Notes: generated by a model from the letters alone, not told the origin. A stretch of 62,874 nucleotides of DNA, filler included, from Rhabdomonas costata (GCA_019059605.1; 45 parts of 45 records of this genome joined end to end with filler, not necessarily neighbours in it); one strand, 5' to 3'. Shown: positions 27,890-40,400, counted from the whole stretch's first letter. Numbers and translations are program-made.

Positions 27890-28527
27890 ACCCCCNNNNN
27901 NNNNNNNNNNNNNNNNNNNNNNNNNNNNNNNNNNNNNNNTTAATTAATTAANNNNNNNNNNNNNNNNNNNNNNNNNNNNNNNNNNNNNNNNNNNNTTTTT
28001 TAAATGTACCTGAATATGTTATAAATACTTATTTATACGTACTATTTATTTTTTTTATTTTTTTTATTTTTGTTATTGTTACTTTTCTTCAACATAACAA
28101 TATTATTTCAGTACATCCATTTCTTAATTTAATACTAATAGCTATATGTTCTTTATTTGGTATATTTGGAACATCTAAAAAATATAACAATATTACACTT
28201 TTACTATGGATATGGATCTTATTATTGATTTTATTTGACATAACAATTTTATTTCAATAAAACCATCTATTAAATATAAGTTTTTTGTTTTTAATTTGAT
28301 ATATTTACAATATTTAAATATAAAAATTTTGATTGACAAAAATTAATTTTGAAGAAGTATTATATAAAATTTCTTTGAAATTAATTTTAATAAAAAATTA
28401 AACAATTGAAATATAATTTTTAATATAAAAAGTACAATAACAAACATTAATAATACCACTAAATATATATTTTTTAGGTATTATGTGCTCAAAATAAAAA
28501 AATATTTAATTTATTAAAATTAAATTT

Positions 28528-29294
28528 ATGTATGATATTATATATATGAAACGTCATGAAATGGAATACAAAATTAAAAAATACTATGATAAAATTAATA
28601 ATATGTATACTATACTAAAAGGAGGAGCAGTTGGTATTGATAGTTCTATTTTATTGTCTAGAAAACCAATTATTCCTAATTTAACACAATCTACAACATC
28701 TAGAATGTATCCGCCTCAATCTTTATTTAAAAAACAACCTTTACATAGAACAACACATATGAGTATGAATAACATATTAGTTCAATTGACACAAATCAAT
28801 TCTGATTTACAACAAATACAACAAGATTTTGAAACCAATAAACAAGATACATCAAGTTTGATAACTATGATTACGAATTTAAAAACAATAATAGATATGT
28901 TAACAAAATTATTACAATCCACACCTGATTTTAAAATTACTACGACTTTAAGTCGTCTTGATAATACACAACAATTGAATAAAGCAAAAACGTATCTGAT
29001 TAATAATGAAACAATAGATATGTTAATGATAAATGATTCAAATGATTTTAGAACATACCAAACTGAATTAAGAACTATATATATACCATATAATCCAACT
29101 ACAAGTATAAAACATATCATAAGTGACACATTATATGTCAAAATATTGAAAAATTTAATGACACATTATACATTAAAAAGTATGTTTTATCAATCTAATC
29201 TTACTGGTTTAGATAAATTTTTAACAAATTATGAAATATTACCATTTGTACATTCTACGAAAAGAGATAACTATTTTATACCTGCCAAAACAAA
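28528..29294 (+). CDS. Giant-virus-like protein with LKGG leader, 3' partial
   Basis: Intronless AT-rich ORF of >250 aa: MYDIIYMKRHEMEYKIKKYYDKINNMYTILKGG|AVGI... Confidence 0.8.
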
Positions 29295-29481
29295 NNNNNN
29301 NNNNNNNNNNNNNNNNNNNNNNNNNNNNNNNNNNNNNNTTAATTAATTAANNNNNNNNNNNNNNNNNNNNNNNNNNNNNNNNNNNNNNNNNNNNGGTGGG
29401 TGGGGACATGGCTCTCTTGCGAGGCGGCGAACTATGCTCAAGCTGATTTCCCAACAGCGACTGAAAAGAGGAAAAGCAAAC

Positions 29482-29825
29482 CTCCACCAGGAACTCATGG
29501 AAGGGCAGCAGTGGCGCAGGCAGGCCCACGGTCAGCCGCCGGATGGCCTCAACGACGGGTTGGTAGGCCGTGAAGAACACAGTGGCCTCGGCCATGATTG
29601 TGTCGGTGTCCTGGACCCTCCTGGCAATGTTCCGCTCAATGGCCAGCTGAAGCTCTGCCGCGGACCCTTGCAGCAGCTCCACGCACACCAGCCCAGCTTG
29701 AAGCAGGCTGAGCGAGGAGCAAAATGCCAGTTGCCATGAGCCATCAGTGGGACGAAAGGTGGGAAGCGGCTTCCAGAGAAGGATGCAATATGAGCGGTTG
29801 CACATGGCCACAGCTGAGAACTGAA

Positions 29826-29865
<40 letters not shown>

Positions 29866-30372
29866 TTCAATGAGTTCAGCTAATGGCGATACCAGGTTCG
29901 CAAAACAAAGCGAATGAACTCACCAAAATTTAGGACATTCTCGAAAAAAGAGACAAGATTTAGGGGATTCGCTGTGTCCTGTATCCTCCCCAGAAGTTTT
30001 TCCTCCGAATCCGTACAGAGAGGCCAATGCTCAGCACGGCTGGTGAGGAAAGGAAGAACTTCAGGAATGCAGCACCTCCAAAACGCCTCAGCAAGTCAGC
30101 AAGGTCTGGGGATCCACAGTTATAAAACGCACCGAAACAAACCTGGGATGGCGCTCGGAAACGACTCCCCACCACAGCTCCGAACGGAATCGGTCTGTGG
30201 TGAAACAAACCACGGAGCCCTTCTCCAGAACCTTCGTCACCTTCCAGTGGATCGTGGCGTGCCACTGGCTGCGGAAGAGCACCGCGAGGCTGGCGCCAGG
30301 GCGCCCCGCACTTCCGGGACTAAGGCTGTACTTGGCGGCGGCCACACGGAGTGCGGGGTAGAACCGGCACCC
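29482..30372 (-). CDS. Hypothetical protein, two internal exons
   Basis: Exons 30372-30211 and ~29820-29482 with a phase-0 GT-AG intron; the acceptor follows a (CT)n tract. Confidence 0.5.
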
Positions 30373-30801
30373 CTGCAAGAGAAGAACCGGAATGCAGTCG
30401 CACAACGCAGCCTAGAAGCGTTCGAACAATCTTTTTGGCGACTGCTTATTGCTTTCTGTTTTGGTTCAGTTTCCGTTAGATCAGCAAAGAAATACTGGCA
30501 GGTCCTCCAAAATTGCCATGTCAGATGACAAGAAATACCCAATGACAAAAGAAGAAGGCCAATCTGAAACCTCCCCTTTTCTGTGGCAGTTGATCTTTCG
30601 TCTCATTCAAGCGCGCACAGAAGGCAAAAGAAAAAGTGCAAAAGGTAACATCATCAGTGAAAAAACCTGCACATGGCAGACTGTCCACACAACCNNNNNN
30701 NNNNNNNNNNNNNNNNNNNNNNNNNNNNNNNNNNNNNNTTAATTAATTAANNNNNNNNNNNNNNNNNNNNNNNNNNNNNNNNNNNNNNNNNNNNGGTTGG
30801 T

Positions 30802-30934
30802 GGTGGCACCTCGAGTATCAAGTACAACGCCGAAGCACTATTGTCTCCGCGAATGTCTTTGATAAATCTGTCACAGCTCAGCCACGATGAGACAATAGTG
30901 CTTCGGCGTTGTACTTGATACTCGAGGTGCCACC
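30802..30934. repeat. 46-bp perfect inverted repeat at contig start
   Basis: Arms at 30802-30847 and 30889-30934, 41-nt loop. Confidence 0.93.
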
Positions 30935-31600
30935 GGTAACCATAAAAAACGCCGTGGTGGGTTTGTTGTCTTGGTGCGACAGGTTGCTGGCCAGACTTTT
31001 CCTTTCTCGGTTGCAATCGGTAAATCGGCAGGATAGCACTCCAAGGGCGTCCACCCTGGCATCCAGTTCATATCGAAACAAAGCAGCTTAAAAGAGAAAA
31101 AAAAAGAAAAACGGAAATCAGCTGAGGAGGTCTGCACAGAAGGCGAGTGCAGATAGAGAGCGCTTTCATTCACTGCCAGATTACGCCTGCCAAGAGGAAA
31201 ACTGAAGAGCAACACCCGCGATTCGAATCCAGAGAGCATTGGGTGCTATGCTTTTTCCACATCATATCCGAACGCACATGTCAGGATAAACCTTAAAATC
31301 TTGGGAAACAACTTAGGAGGGACACCTCTGAGTCTTGGTCCTAACTACGCCAGTCAAAGTGCAACAACTCGCCCCGTGCGGGGACGAGGGAAAGAGGAAA
31401 CGTTTTTGTTTTTTCCGAAACTGCTTTTTTGCCCCTCGGAAAGCAAGATATATCCATAGGACGCATGCATCCATCCAGAATGTTGGGCTGCTTTACTGCG
31501 CTCCGCGGCTCAAAAGCGTGTGTTATAATCCCACGCGACATGTGCATTGCCCTCAACTGTAAAAAAAACATTTGGGAGGGAGGGTGTGCCTCGCAAGCAC

Positions 31601-31790
31601 CTTGGGGTGCAACCGGAGAGCTCAAATGTGCCGTAGTTCTCGGGGCACGTCGTGGTGAGGGTGCCATTGCCGGTGGCCCCAGGGCCGCAGCTGAGCCACG
31701 GGCACCCCGCGGGTCCCAGGAACCCCACGCAGGACCCTCGCAGCACAATGTACCCCGTGGGCAGAGGCTGCGGCAGCTTGCACAGCCACG
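31601..31790 (-). CDS. Exon encoding a 6-Cys extracellular module
   Basis: CKLPQPLPTGY...C...C...SCGPG...C...GTFELSGC, bounded by AG and GT; similar to 44198-44368. Confidence 0.65.
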
Positions 31791-32717
31791 CTTGGGACAA
31801 TAGGGCGCGAAGGAGTGTGCGCGCATGCGTTTGGGGGAAAGTTTGATCGTGTAAATGTGTGTGTGCAGAGGAAGAAGACGAATCCAAAGTTGGCCAGCAG
31901 GCCAGCCTTTTTTAAAACGTTGGATTGCATTAACCGCAAAGCAACTGGTGTCCAGCACAGCGGCCTTATCTCATTAGCGGAGAGCCTCGAGGAACAGTTC
32001 ACCTCCCACACCTTACTTTTCCATGCGGTTCACGAACCTGAACTACCAAAGGAGCGCAGCGGACTACCGTAACTTTGCCCCTGAACCCCAAAANNNNNNN
32101 NNNNNNNNNNNNNNNNNNNNNNNNNNNNNNNNNNNNNTTAATTAATTAANNNNNNNNNNNNNNNNNNNNNNNNNNNNNNNNNNNNNNNNNNNNCCGTGCA
32201 ATGGAAATGTCTTCAAACAGACTCCTACAGCAGAGGACAAGGAGGAACGGGGGGGGGGGAGCGGTGACATCATTCTGGCCCTTGCAGTGACCCCCCTCCC
32301 TTCCTCCCCTCGATAGATGGCTCAAAGTGCAGAGCATGAGCTTTTTCTTTCCAACTCCATTCATCATTTGTATTGCGGGATTTGAGTTGACGCTACCTCT
32401 TTCCTGCAATGTGCGCACAAACGACCATTTTTATCATCAATGCATCCTTCCCTCATTGTTGGTGGAGTATACTAGCCTTGTTTAAAGTATTTAGAGTCCG
32501 GTCGATGGGGGAGGGGGTTTAAACGGTATAACGGTGCAACATCTTTACGCAGAGAATAGAGTTTTTTTGTACGGTAAACACAGCTTCGCTTTTTCTGTCC
32601 TCACCTTCCCCACCATAACTGTAAACTGTAAAAGGTTGTAAACGGCGGTCCTTTGAGGGAGGTGACAGGGCAGTGCCGGCTCTAACGAACCCGCATTTGT
32701 GTTCCTTTTGTTTGCAG

Positions 32718-33097
32718 CACTTTTCTCTTGGGCCTCCGCTACCACAACGGCGGAGTTCGGCCCGCGAGGCGGGCACTGCACCGTGACCTTGCACGGGCAG
32801 CTCGTGGTGATCGGGGGGTACAACATCTGGGCCTCCTCTTCGTCCTCCTCAGCCACGGGGTACACCGCGGATGTTTGGGTGAGCTCCGATGGGTTGTCAT
32901 GGGCTCAGGGCACGGCCGCGGCGGGGTTCGGAGCGCGGTACTACCATAGCTGTGCAGTGCTGGGGTCCACAGTGGTGGTGCTCGGTGGAGAGACCTCCAC
33001 TGGAGTCCTTGCGGATGTCTGGGGGAGCACGACGGGCTCCACGTGGACTCAGCTGAGCAGCGTGGGGTCGAGCAGACGGCCGGGTCCTGCGCAGCAG
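32718..33097 (+). CDS. Kelch/galactose-oxidase-type beta-propeller exon (3' boundary uncertain)
   Basis: Two repeats of FGxRxxH...VV(I/L)GG...ADVWxSxxGxxW; tttgcag acceptor. Confidence 0.85.
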
Positions 33098-33805
33098 GTG
33101 TCCCCGGGAGACGGGCGAGTAACTCCCTTCCCTCTCTGGGCAGAAGAAATGAACACAGTAAAGGATCCCTAAGGTAAACTGGTTGGTTATAATTCTCTAC
33201 CACAAAGGTGTAAACTTCCTGAATGTCTTGGATCGCGAAGCGCAAAGGAGCTGGGTGGGTTGGTGGGTGGGGGAATGCTGACGTAGACGGTCTTGCAAGG
33301 GTATCTTTCTCACTCTTTTGTACTCCTTGTGCTTTTTGTACCGTTTCTCAGTGAGGTGGATGGAGTTGGATGCAGCTCGATGGCTGCATTGCGAAAACCG
33401 GTTCCAGCATCATTTGTGGGGAAGTTTCTCTCTCTCCAGCCTGTAAGTAAGTTGCTCCCAACCCCAAAAGACACACTTCTGCACCACCACCCNNNNNNNN
33501 NNNNNNNNNNNNNNNNNNNNNNNNNNNNNNNNNNNNTTAATTAATTAANNNNNNNNNNNNNNNNNNNNNNNNNNNNNNNNNNNNNNNNNNNNTGTGTTGG
33601 AAGTGTTTGGGGTTTTTGGTAATGCTCCAAATAGAAACTGCACAATTTTTAAGAAGAACGAAGAACGAAGCTCAATAGGGCTAGCCGAAGCAGGCCTGAG
33701 GTCTTTTGTATACAGCGCAGGCTACTTAATGCCAGGAATGCCAACTTCGTCCACTAGATTTTTGTGTGTTTGGGAACGTGTGGTTGCCTCCTGTGCTGCT
33801 GCCAG

Positions 33806-34891
33806 GAAGGGTCATTGAGCTTCCACCCAGCCAGCTCTCCGTCTTCGGCGAGGGAGAGGGGCGGTACCACAGGCTCAGCGACTTTGCGCAGTTCCCTCTG
33901 CCGTGCGAGGCCTACGGCCATGGCGCGAAGGGGCAGACGCTCATTGTCTTCCACAAGCTCTTCCTCATCGCCGAGAACTTCGCTGAGTTCAACGCGTATC
34001 TCCACGAGAAGGCCGGTGGCAGTGGGCCGGCAGTGGTTGTGATTGCCGTGGGGGCCCACTACGCAGGCGTGTGCACTAGGACCTGTGATTCAGAACGGAG
34101 AGGATGGAGGATTCTCTGAGGTCGAGGGTTGCCTTTTTGTGGCGCTTGTCGTTCACGGGTTAGGCGTGCTGTGCAGCTGAATCTATTCCTTCCTCGATTT
34201 TGATGTGTTCGGAATGTTTTTAAGTTAGTCCTCCCTTCCTTTGTTGTTTCTATATATTATCCTTTCGGTTCCGGAATGTTGTGAACTGGCTGGCTGCCAA
34301 AGCCTTCGCTAGTGTCAAAATGTTTTGGAAACACGCCAGAACGTGAACTTTGGCATGCGCTCAGCTCCACCGGAACGGGTCCGGTACTCATTTTTAAGCG
34401 ATTATTCTGTGCTTTTTCGCTTCTTTTTCGGACCTTTTGGACAAGGCGAGGGGAAAGCTGCAAAAAAGAAAATCGATATGTTCAACATCTCATTTCACCT
34501 TTTGTAGTTTTTTTTAGCCGTTGTCTTGTTGCCTTATTCCTGTATTTTTCCGAACCACCTGAAGATGTGCATTGAAATGATTGATAAAAAATTGCTGGGA
34601 GGGAGCGTTTGTTGGAAGCCCGCTACTGAAGGAAGTCTTTCCCAATTTTTCCTTGGGTGGATGTGGGCCAGGGCACGCGCCCCTATACCCCTCCATGACG
34701 AGAGTCGTGGATCACTTCCGGTTTTTCCGGAACCTCCACCTGAACCACCCCATTGTCTGGGTGACCCAGGCCCCCGGGCACCCCAAGTGCTGGGAGGCCC
34801 CGCCGCGGCCCCTGCTGAGACCTCCCACGGAGCAGCTGTTCAACCACACCCTATACGGCTGGGATCGAATGGAAGAGCTTCGGCAAAAACT
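33806..34891 (+). CDS. SGNH-like acyl-esterase/transferase (PC-esterase/TBL-like), two exons, partial
   Basis: Exons 33806-34066 (VVVIAVGAHY) and 34672-34891 (IVWVTQAPGHPKC...YGW), with phase-1 GC-AG intron 34067-34671. Confidence 0.6.
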
Positions 34892-35767
34892 NNNNNNNNN
34901 NNNNNNNNNNNNNNNNNNNNNNNNNNNNNNNNNNNTTAATTAATTAANNNNNNNNNNNNNNNNNNNNNNNNNNNNNNNNNNNNNNNNNNNNGGGTGGGTG
35001 GGAAATGGATGCGGGCTTCACCCTTTCCACGTGCACTCGTCTTTTGCTGCCTCAATCCAGGGACCAACTTATATGCAGGTCGTTTCATTTTGCGGTTTGA
35101 GGCCTTTGCTGGAGAGCAAGGGAAAGGCTGGAACCAAAAAACCACCGCAATACAAAGAGCGGTGCTCCACACGACCACAGCTCTTGCGCACCAGCTTACT
35201 TTCTGCCCCCCCCCCCCCTCTGATGTCCACTCTCGACACTTCCTCCCGCATCAGCTCTCTCCATCCAATTGGGCTGTATCCCGTGGCGTGGATCTTCTTC
35301 TTGCCCTCACCCTCGGAGGGGAAACAGGCAAGGCGGGTGAAAACGGTCAACCGTTAACAGTGGTCAGCGGAAGTTCGCTGTGGCAGAGACCGCCGGATGG
35401 GTACCGCTCCGCGCTGGAGTGTAGCTCCTGGAGGACTGCGATGCCAGCAAGGGGTCTGGAAACCTGTTCGCCAGCGACTGGGTCGCCGGAGGGTCACGCA
35501 ATTGGGGCCGTGGGATACTTGAACAACGACGATGCCCCTTTGCACGGTTCTTCATCAAAAATGGCTCCTGTCTCGCTCCCTTCCAATTGGGGTGAAAATT
35601 GGGCCATCTCAGTGTCGAAGTGTGGTGCGCTTGATGGCGTCGGCCATGGCTGGGTTGTCATTCTCCTCCAGTTTCATGTCACGCCTCCCACAACACCATA
35701 CACACTGCACCCACTATCCCCCCACCACACACATAGTGATCACGGGAGAGGTGCGGGGGGAACACAC

Positions 35768-36194
35768 CCTCATCTCGAAGCATGAACCGCCCCATCTTGC
35801 TGAACACCTTGAAAGGCTCCAGAGCAACAGGCTGCATCGTCTCCAACTTGGCCAGAACTGCCCCAACCCCGATACTCCCAGCACTCCGGAAACAGAAACC
35901 GAAAACACAGCGGGGAAGAAGGAGGAGGTGAGGAAGGCAGCAAACTCGACTCTTCCGCCACTTCTTGATGGCAGCGACCGAAGTCTTTCGGTTTTCTGGG
36001 GGGGACTGACCATCTTGGGGGCAGGAGGATCCAAATTGGAGAGCAACGTTGGTCAAAGGGCTAGGCACCTAATCTCTTGGCACAGACACAGACGCGATGC
36101 CAAAAAAGCGCGCACCGGAGTCCCCGCCCTTCACAAACGGGGGATTCTTCTGGACAATCTCTCCAGTCTTCTTGTCCAGGGTACACAGCAGCTT
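35768..36194 (-). CDS. eRF3: Eukaryotic release factor 3 (eRF3/GSPT), domain III, two short exons
   Basis: Exons 36194-36116 (KLLCTLDKKTGEIVQKNPPFVKGGDS) and 35857-35768 (VLAKLETMQPVALEPFKVFSKMGRFMLRDEG), with a phase-1 GT-AG intron. HBS1 is not strictly excluded. Confidence 0.85.
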
Positions 36195-36419
36195 CTGCAC
36201 AGCCGAAACATGCAAGATGTGCAAACCACTTTTTTCTTAGCTGACAAACTATCCGCCGTCTGCCACGCCCGCCCGCTGTGTGTTGGGTGTNNNNNNNNNN
36301 NNNNNNNNNNNNNNNNNNNNNNNNNNNNNNNNNNTTAATTAATTAANNNNNNNNNNNNNNNNNNNNNNNNNNNNNNNNNNNNNNNNNNNNGTTGTGGGGG
36401 AGGGGGGGGAGCAAGGGAC

Positions 36420-37421
36420 TTGTGCCCGACCACCAGTCCTCCCGTTCCTCTGGCGCACCGGTCCACGAGTTCGTCCACGTCGGTGGAGAGCGCCACGGCC
36501 CTTAGTCCATGCGCGGGGGCGAACAATTCGTTGAAGGCCTTCGCCGACTCTGTGGAGGCTTCGCCAGGGTGGGCATCCACAGGACCCTCGAAAGAAGAAC
36601 ACCAAAGGCATGGACTGAAAGAGCATAATGCAGAACTCACTGCAAACTTGCCCACGGTATTCGGGGGCACGCATGATTTGCACTATAAGGGACTCCTTCC
36701 ACACTATTGGCCTACAACTGGGTGACAAGAATTACGGGGTCTCAAGTGGGCCTCGCTTAGGAATCACCACTAGCAACAACGTAACCTCCCATTAATACGG
36801 TTTTTTTACACATTCATTGCAGTTTTTTTCCCGATTGTAAAACCAACCAATAACACACATGCCCTGCAAGTTTGCTTTCTCTGCGACATTTGGCAAAAAG
36901 TCAAAAAGCATCCTGTAAATGATGTCTTTAAGAGCAGCACCCAGAACCGTCGTCTCCCCCCCTCCCAAGCCCCCCGAGCCGCGTGGTCAACCCCACTCAT
37001 TCGACGAAGAAGGCATTTCCTTAGCTGCCGTGAAGCCGGAAAGACTGCCACCGACTTCTTCAGTCCAACCGACCAATCAATCGTTCCCTGCTATGGACAG
37101 GCTCCATCAAAGACGTCCCCTTCGCTTCCAGATCGACTGCATGACAAGAGATTTGCCCGGTCGTTTTTCCAGTATCCTGGGTGTTTTCAAACCTCTCACG
37201 CAATGCCCGTTTCCAGGGAGGGGGGGGGCAAAACAGTTTGCTGGTAGCGGACTCAAGCGGTATACGCACGCAAACCACACGCACGCACACACACACACAC
37301 ACACACAAACGACCTTGCCAGACAAAACTGTGCTGCTTTCGGTGTCCACTCGCTTACGCAGAATGGCCAGCGCCTCTCGAAGCGGTAGTCCCACTCGCGT
37401 CGGGTACTGCTGAGACGCCAT
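36420..37421 (-). CDS. 5' exons of a protein, possibly a DHH-family phosphoesterase
   Basis: Exon 37421-37314 (MASQQYPT...SGK) joins in phase 0 to exon 36586-36420, which ends LVVGHK. Confidence 0.45.
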
Positions 37422-40400
37422 AATGACAGGTCCCGAGAAAAGGGGGTGCAAAAAAGGCACCGAAAATATAAAAAAAGAGAGAGCAAAAAGAGAAGACTGG
37501 CGTGCGATGGTGGCCATAAAGAGAAAAAACGGAACCTGGCTGGCATAAGCAAGCGAGAATCGGCGAGAACTACCACCAGGAGCCTCCGAATGCACACGGA
37601 TTAACTCAGTTTACTCGGGCAGCGAGATCCACTTCAACGTTTCAAATTCCTCACACCTGTTCTCCTTCCCCTCCTCGACAACAACAAAANNNNNNNNNNN
37701 NNNNNNNNNNNNNNNNNNNNNNNNNNNNNNNNNTTAATTAATTAANNNNNNNNNNNNNNNNNNNNNNNNNNNNNNNNNNNNNNNNNNNNGGGTGGGGGTG
37801 CACTTCGGAGGGATTCAGGAGTGTGTTGCGCAGGCTAAAGCGAGCAGTGGGGGCAACATGACGACTGTCTGCAAGGACATTGTGGTGAACAAGACGGGGG
37901 TTTTGGACCGCATCGAGCGACCCGAAGAGTAATCGCCTCGTAAGCGTTGAAGCGTTTGGGAGCGTTAGGTACTCTGTGGGTTGCGGGTGTACACCGAAAG
38001 CCGGGGATCATCTCCGCTCTGGGCGACGCGAAAAGGAACCCGCTTTTCTCCCTCCCCACATTGGGGGGCCCATTTGCTCACTTTACCCTACATTGTGTAT
38101 AGGTAAGTGAGCGGCGTGAACGCTCCCTTATCATCCGCCGTGCTAGGTTCTTTCTGGAGTATGAGGTGAAGGGATTGCTTGGGAGTGGGAATGTTTGAAT
38201 GCTTCTGTAGAGTTTTGGCGCTTGCAGGTAGAGTGAGGAGAGGAATGGGAGCGCAGGCCCCTTCCCTCAAGGCATCTGCCTTTGGGGTTGGTTTTGGCAC
38301 AGCAATATCTCGTTCGGCATATTTGTTCACCTCTCAGTTTCTTCTCTGTGGGTAAGGTAACTTCTCTATTGGTGACGTGTGTGGTGCTTTGTGCTTTGCG
38401 GCGCCATGAGTTTCCCTTTTCCTGACCTTTCCCGACTGGAGGTATGTTCGATGGGGGGGGACAGAGGGGGGCAGCGCCACCGCATTCCACATTCCACCTT
38501 GCCGGCTCAGAGGAGAATCACATATATAGCAGGCTACACCGTGATCTGAGAGTTTTCGCAATAGCACCTTACACGACGCCGCGAAGTGCCCAACGGCGTA
38601 AATAGATGTATCGGCAAAAAAGACATTTGCAATGTCACATACGAATCTCTGTTTTGGGTGTTACTTGGCTTGTCAAATTAGGGAGAGATGAAATAGGGTG
38701 GAATTTCGGGCAGCCATCACTCCGCTTCTCCACAGGCATTGTGCCATGAACGTGCTCCGTTCCACTCATCGGACACTATATCTCGCTGGTCGGTTGGTCG
38801 GAAGCGCAAGCGTGCATAAATCTCTCAAAACAATGTCGGACTCGGCCTTTTTTTTTTTTTCGTGATTGCAATCGAGATCGAATGAAAATCTCTGCAGACG
38901 GTTGCTCTTTTCTGGGCGGAAAGGGGCCAGTCTGGATTTAACATTGATTTGGGATTGATATACGTGCCAGTGTAATCCTCCGTCCTCCCTTCATCTTCGC
39001 TTTTAGGATTTCTCTCTGTGGTCTGATTATTTTTCTTTTTTCTGTGGCCAGCCTTCTCCCCTTTTTGACAGGGCCTTCTCTCCAAANNNNNNNNNNNNNN
39101 NNNNNNNNNNNNNNNNNNNNNNNNNNNNNNTTAATTAATTAANNNNNNNNNNNNNNNNNNNNNNNNNNNNNNNNNNNNNNNNNNNNGGGTGTTGGACGGC
39201 ACAGGGCTTCGAGGATTTCAGCCATCTTCCGCCCAGCAGCGCTCGCTCGACAGGTGGAGGAACTGTGGTTGGGTCGTGTGACATATCGCGTATGCGTCAA
39301 CACGTTTAAAGGGTGTTGGTTCTGCCACAAAGCTTGGGCTTTGTGTTGTGGTTGGCGTAAAGTTTGGAGGAAAGCATTCGTGTCCGGGGGACAGGACCCC
39401 ACCCCCTGGCGTTTTGAAAGGTCCTATGATGTGAAAAGACTTCATGCTTATTTCGGCGTCGGCCCTCTAAGCAGCACCATCTCTCATCTGCGTTACTCCG
39501 AAGACATGACGACAAGCTCCAGTTGCTATAAGTTGAAACCAATCAAGCAGGGTATCTTTCAGCTCGGGACGGTGGGCCTACCCTCACGACCTTACCCCAA
39601 ATATTCAGGCACACGGACAAAACCATCATCTTAAAAGGGTTTTTGCCTGACTTGCCTGTCGCGCCTTCACGCCTCACCATGCCAATGGTGTTTGCTACCG
39701 TGTGCAGGCAGACGTATCAGTCCCCCCCTTATACCTTTCCTTACGCCAAAGGTACGGATTGGCCGTTGCTGAGGCCAAAGGTACGGATTGACCCATTTTG
39801 CAGTCGCGCTAAAGAAGCGGCATGGTCAAGTGCGCCGCATCGCCCTCCTTCTCACGCCCAGGGGGGAACCATCTCTAAAGGATGTGCCTGAATCATAAAC
39901 ACTCCCACAACTTGTGCACATTAATTGATGCTGTAGGGTAACCTTCTCCTTGATGTCAAGTTAGGCGTCCTTTGCGCTCTCTCGCTTGAAGGAGGAGGTG
40001 GCAACGCCGCAGCCGACGCCTGGGCAAGCGCGCGGCAGCCCTCCGCGGCCACGATGCGCAGCAACTCCAACAGCAGTAGCACCTCCTTCGGGAGTTCCGA
40101 CCCCTGGGTTCCGTTCCAAAACGTTGTTCTGCTCATCAACACTTTGTATCTAGGTTTGAAGTTTTCAAGTGAAACGGTGATTTCGAACTAATGCTTGTCG
40201 CATCGAAAACTGGCTAGCTTTGCTCAGTTTTAGGTTGCACCTATGCTTCGCGGACGAAGGCAATTCGTTTGTCATTCTGCACACACGGCGCGTATGAGTT
40301 GTTACTTCAGGTCGAAGAGACGCTTTGATTCGAGTTCGCGGAAAAACACGAGTCCGTTAAAAGCATCAGTGACCACCCGATCCAAGCAAAAGCCGTGAAG

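Noticed and set aside
27996-28527. Mimivirus early promoter AAAATTGA upstream of the LKGG ORF
   Set aside because: I did not see the exact motif, only near matches expected in AT-rich DNA.
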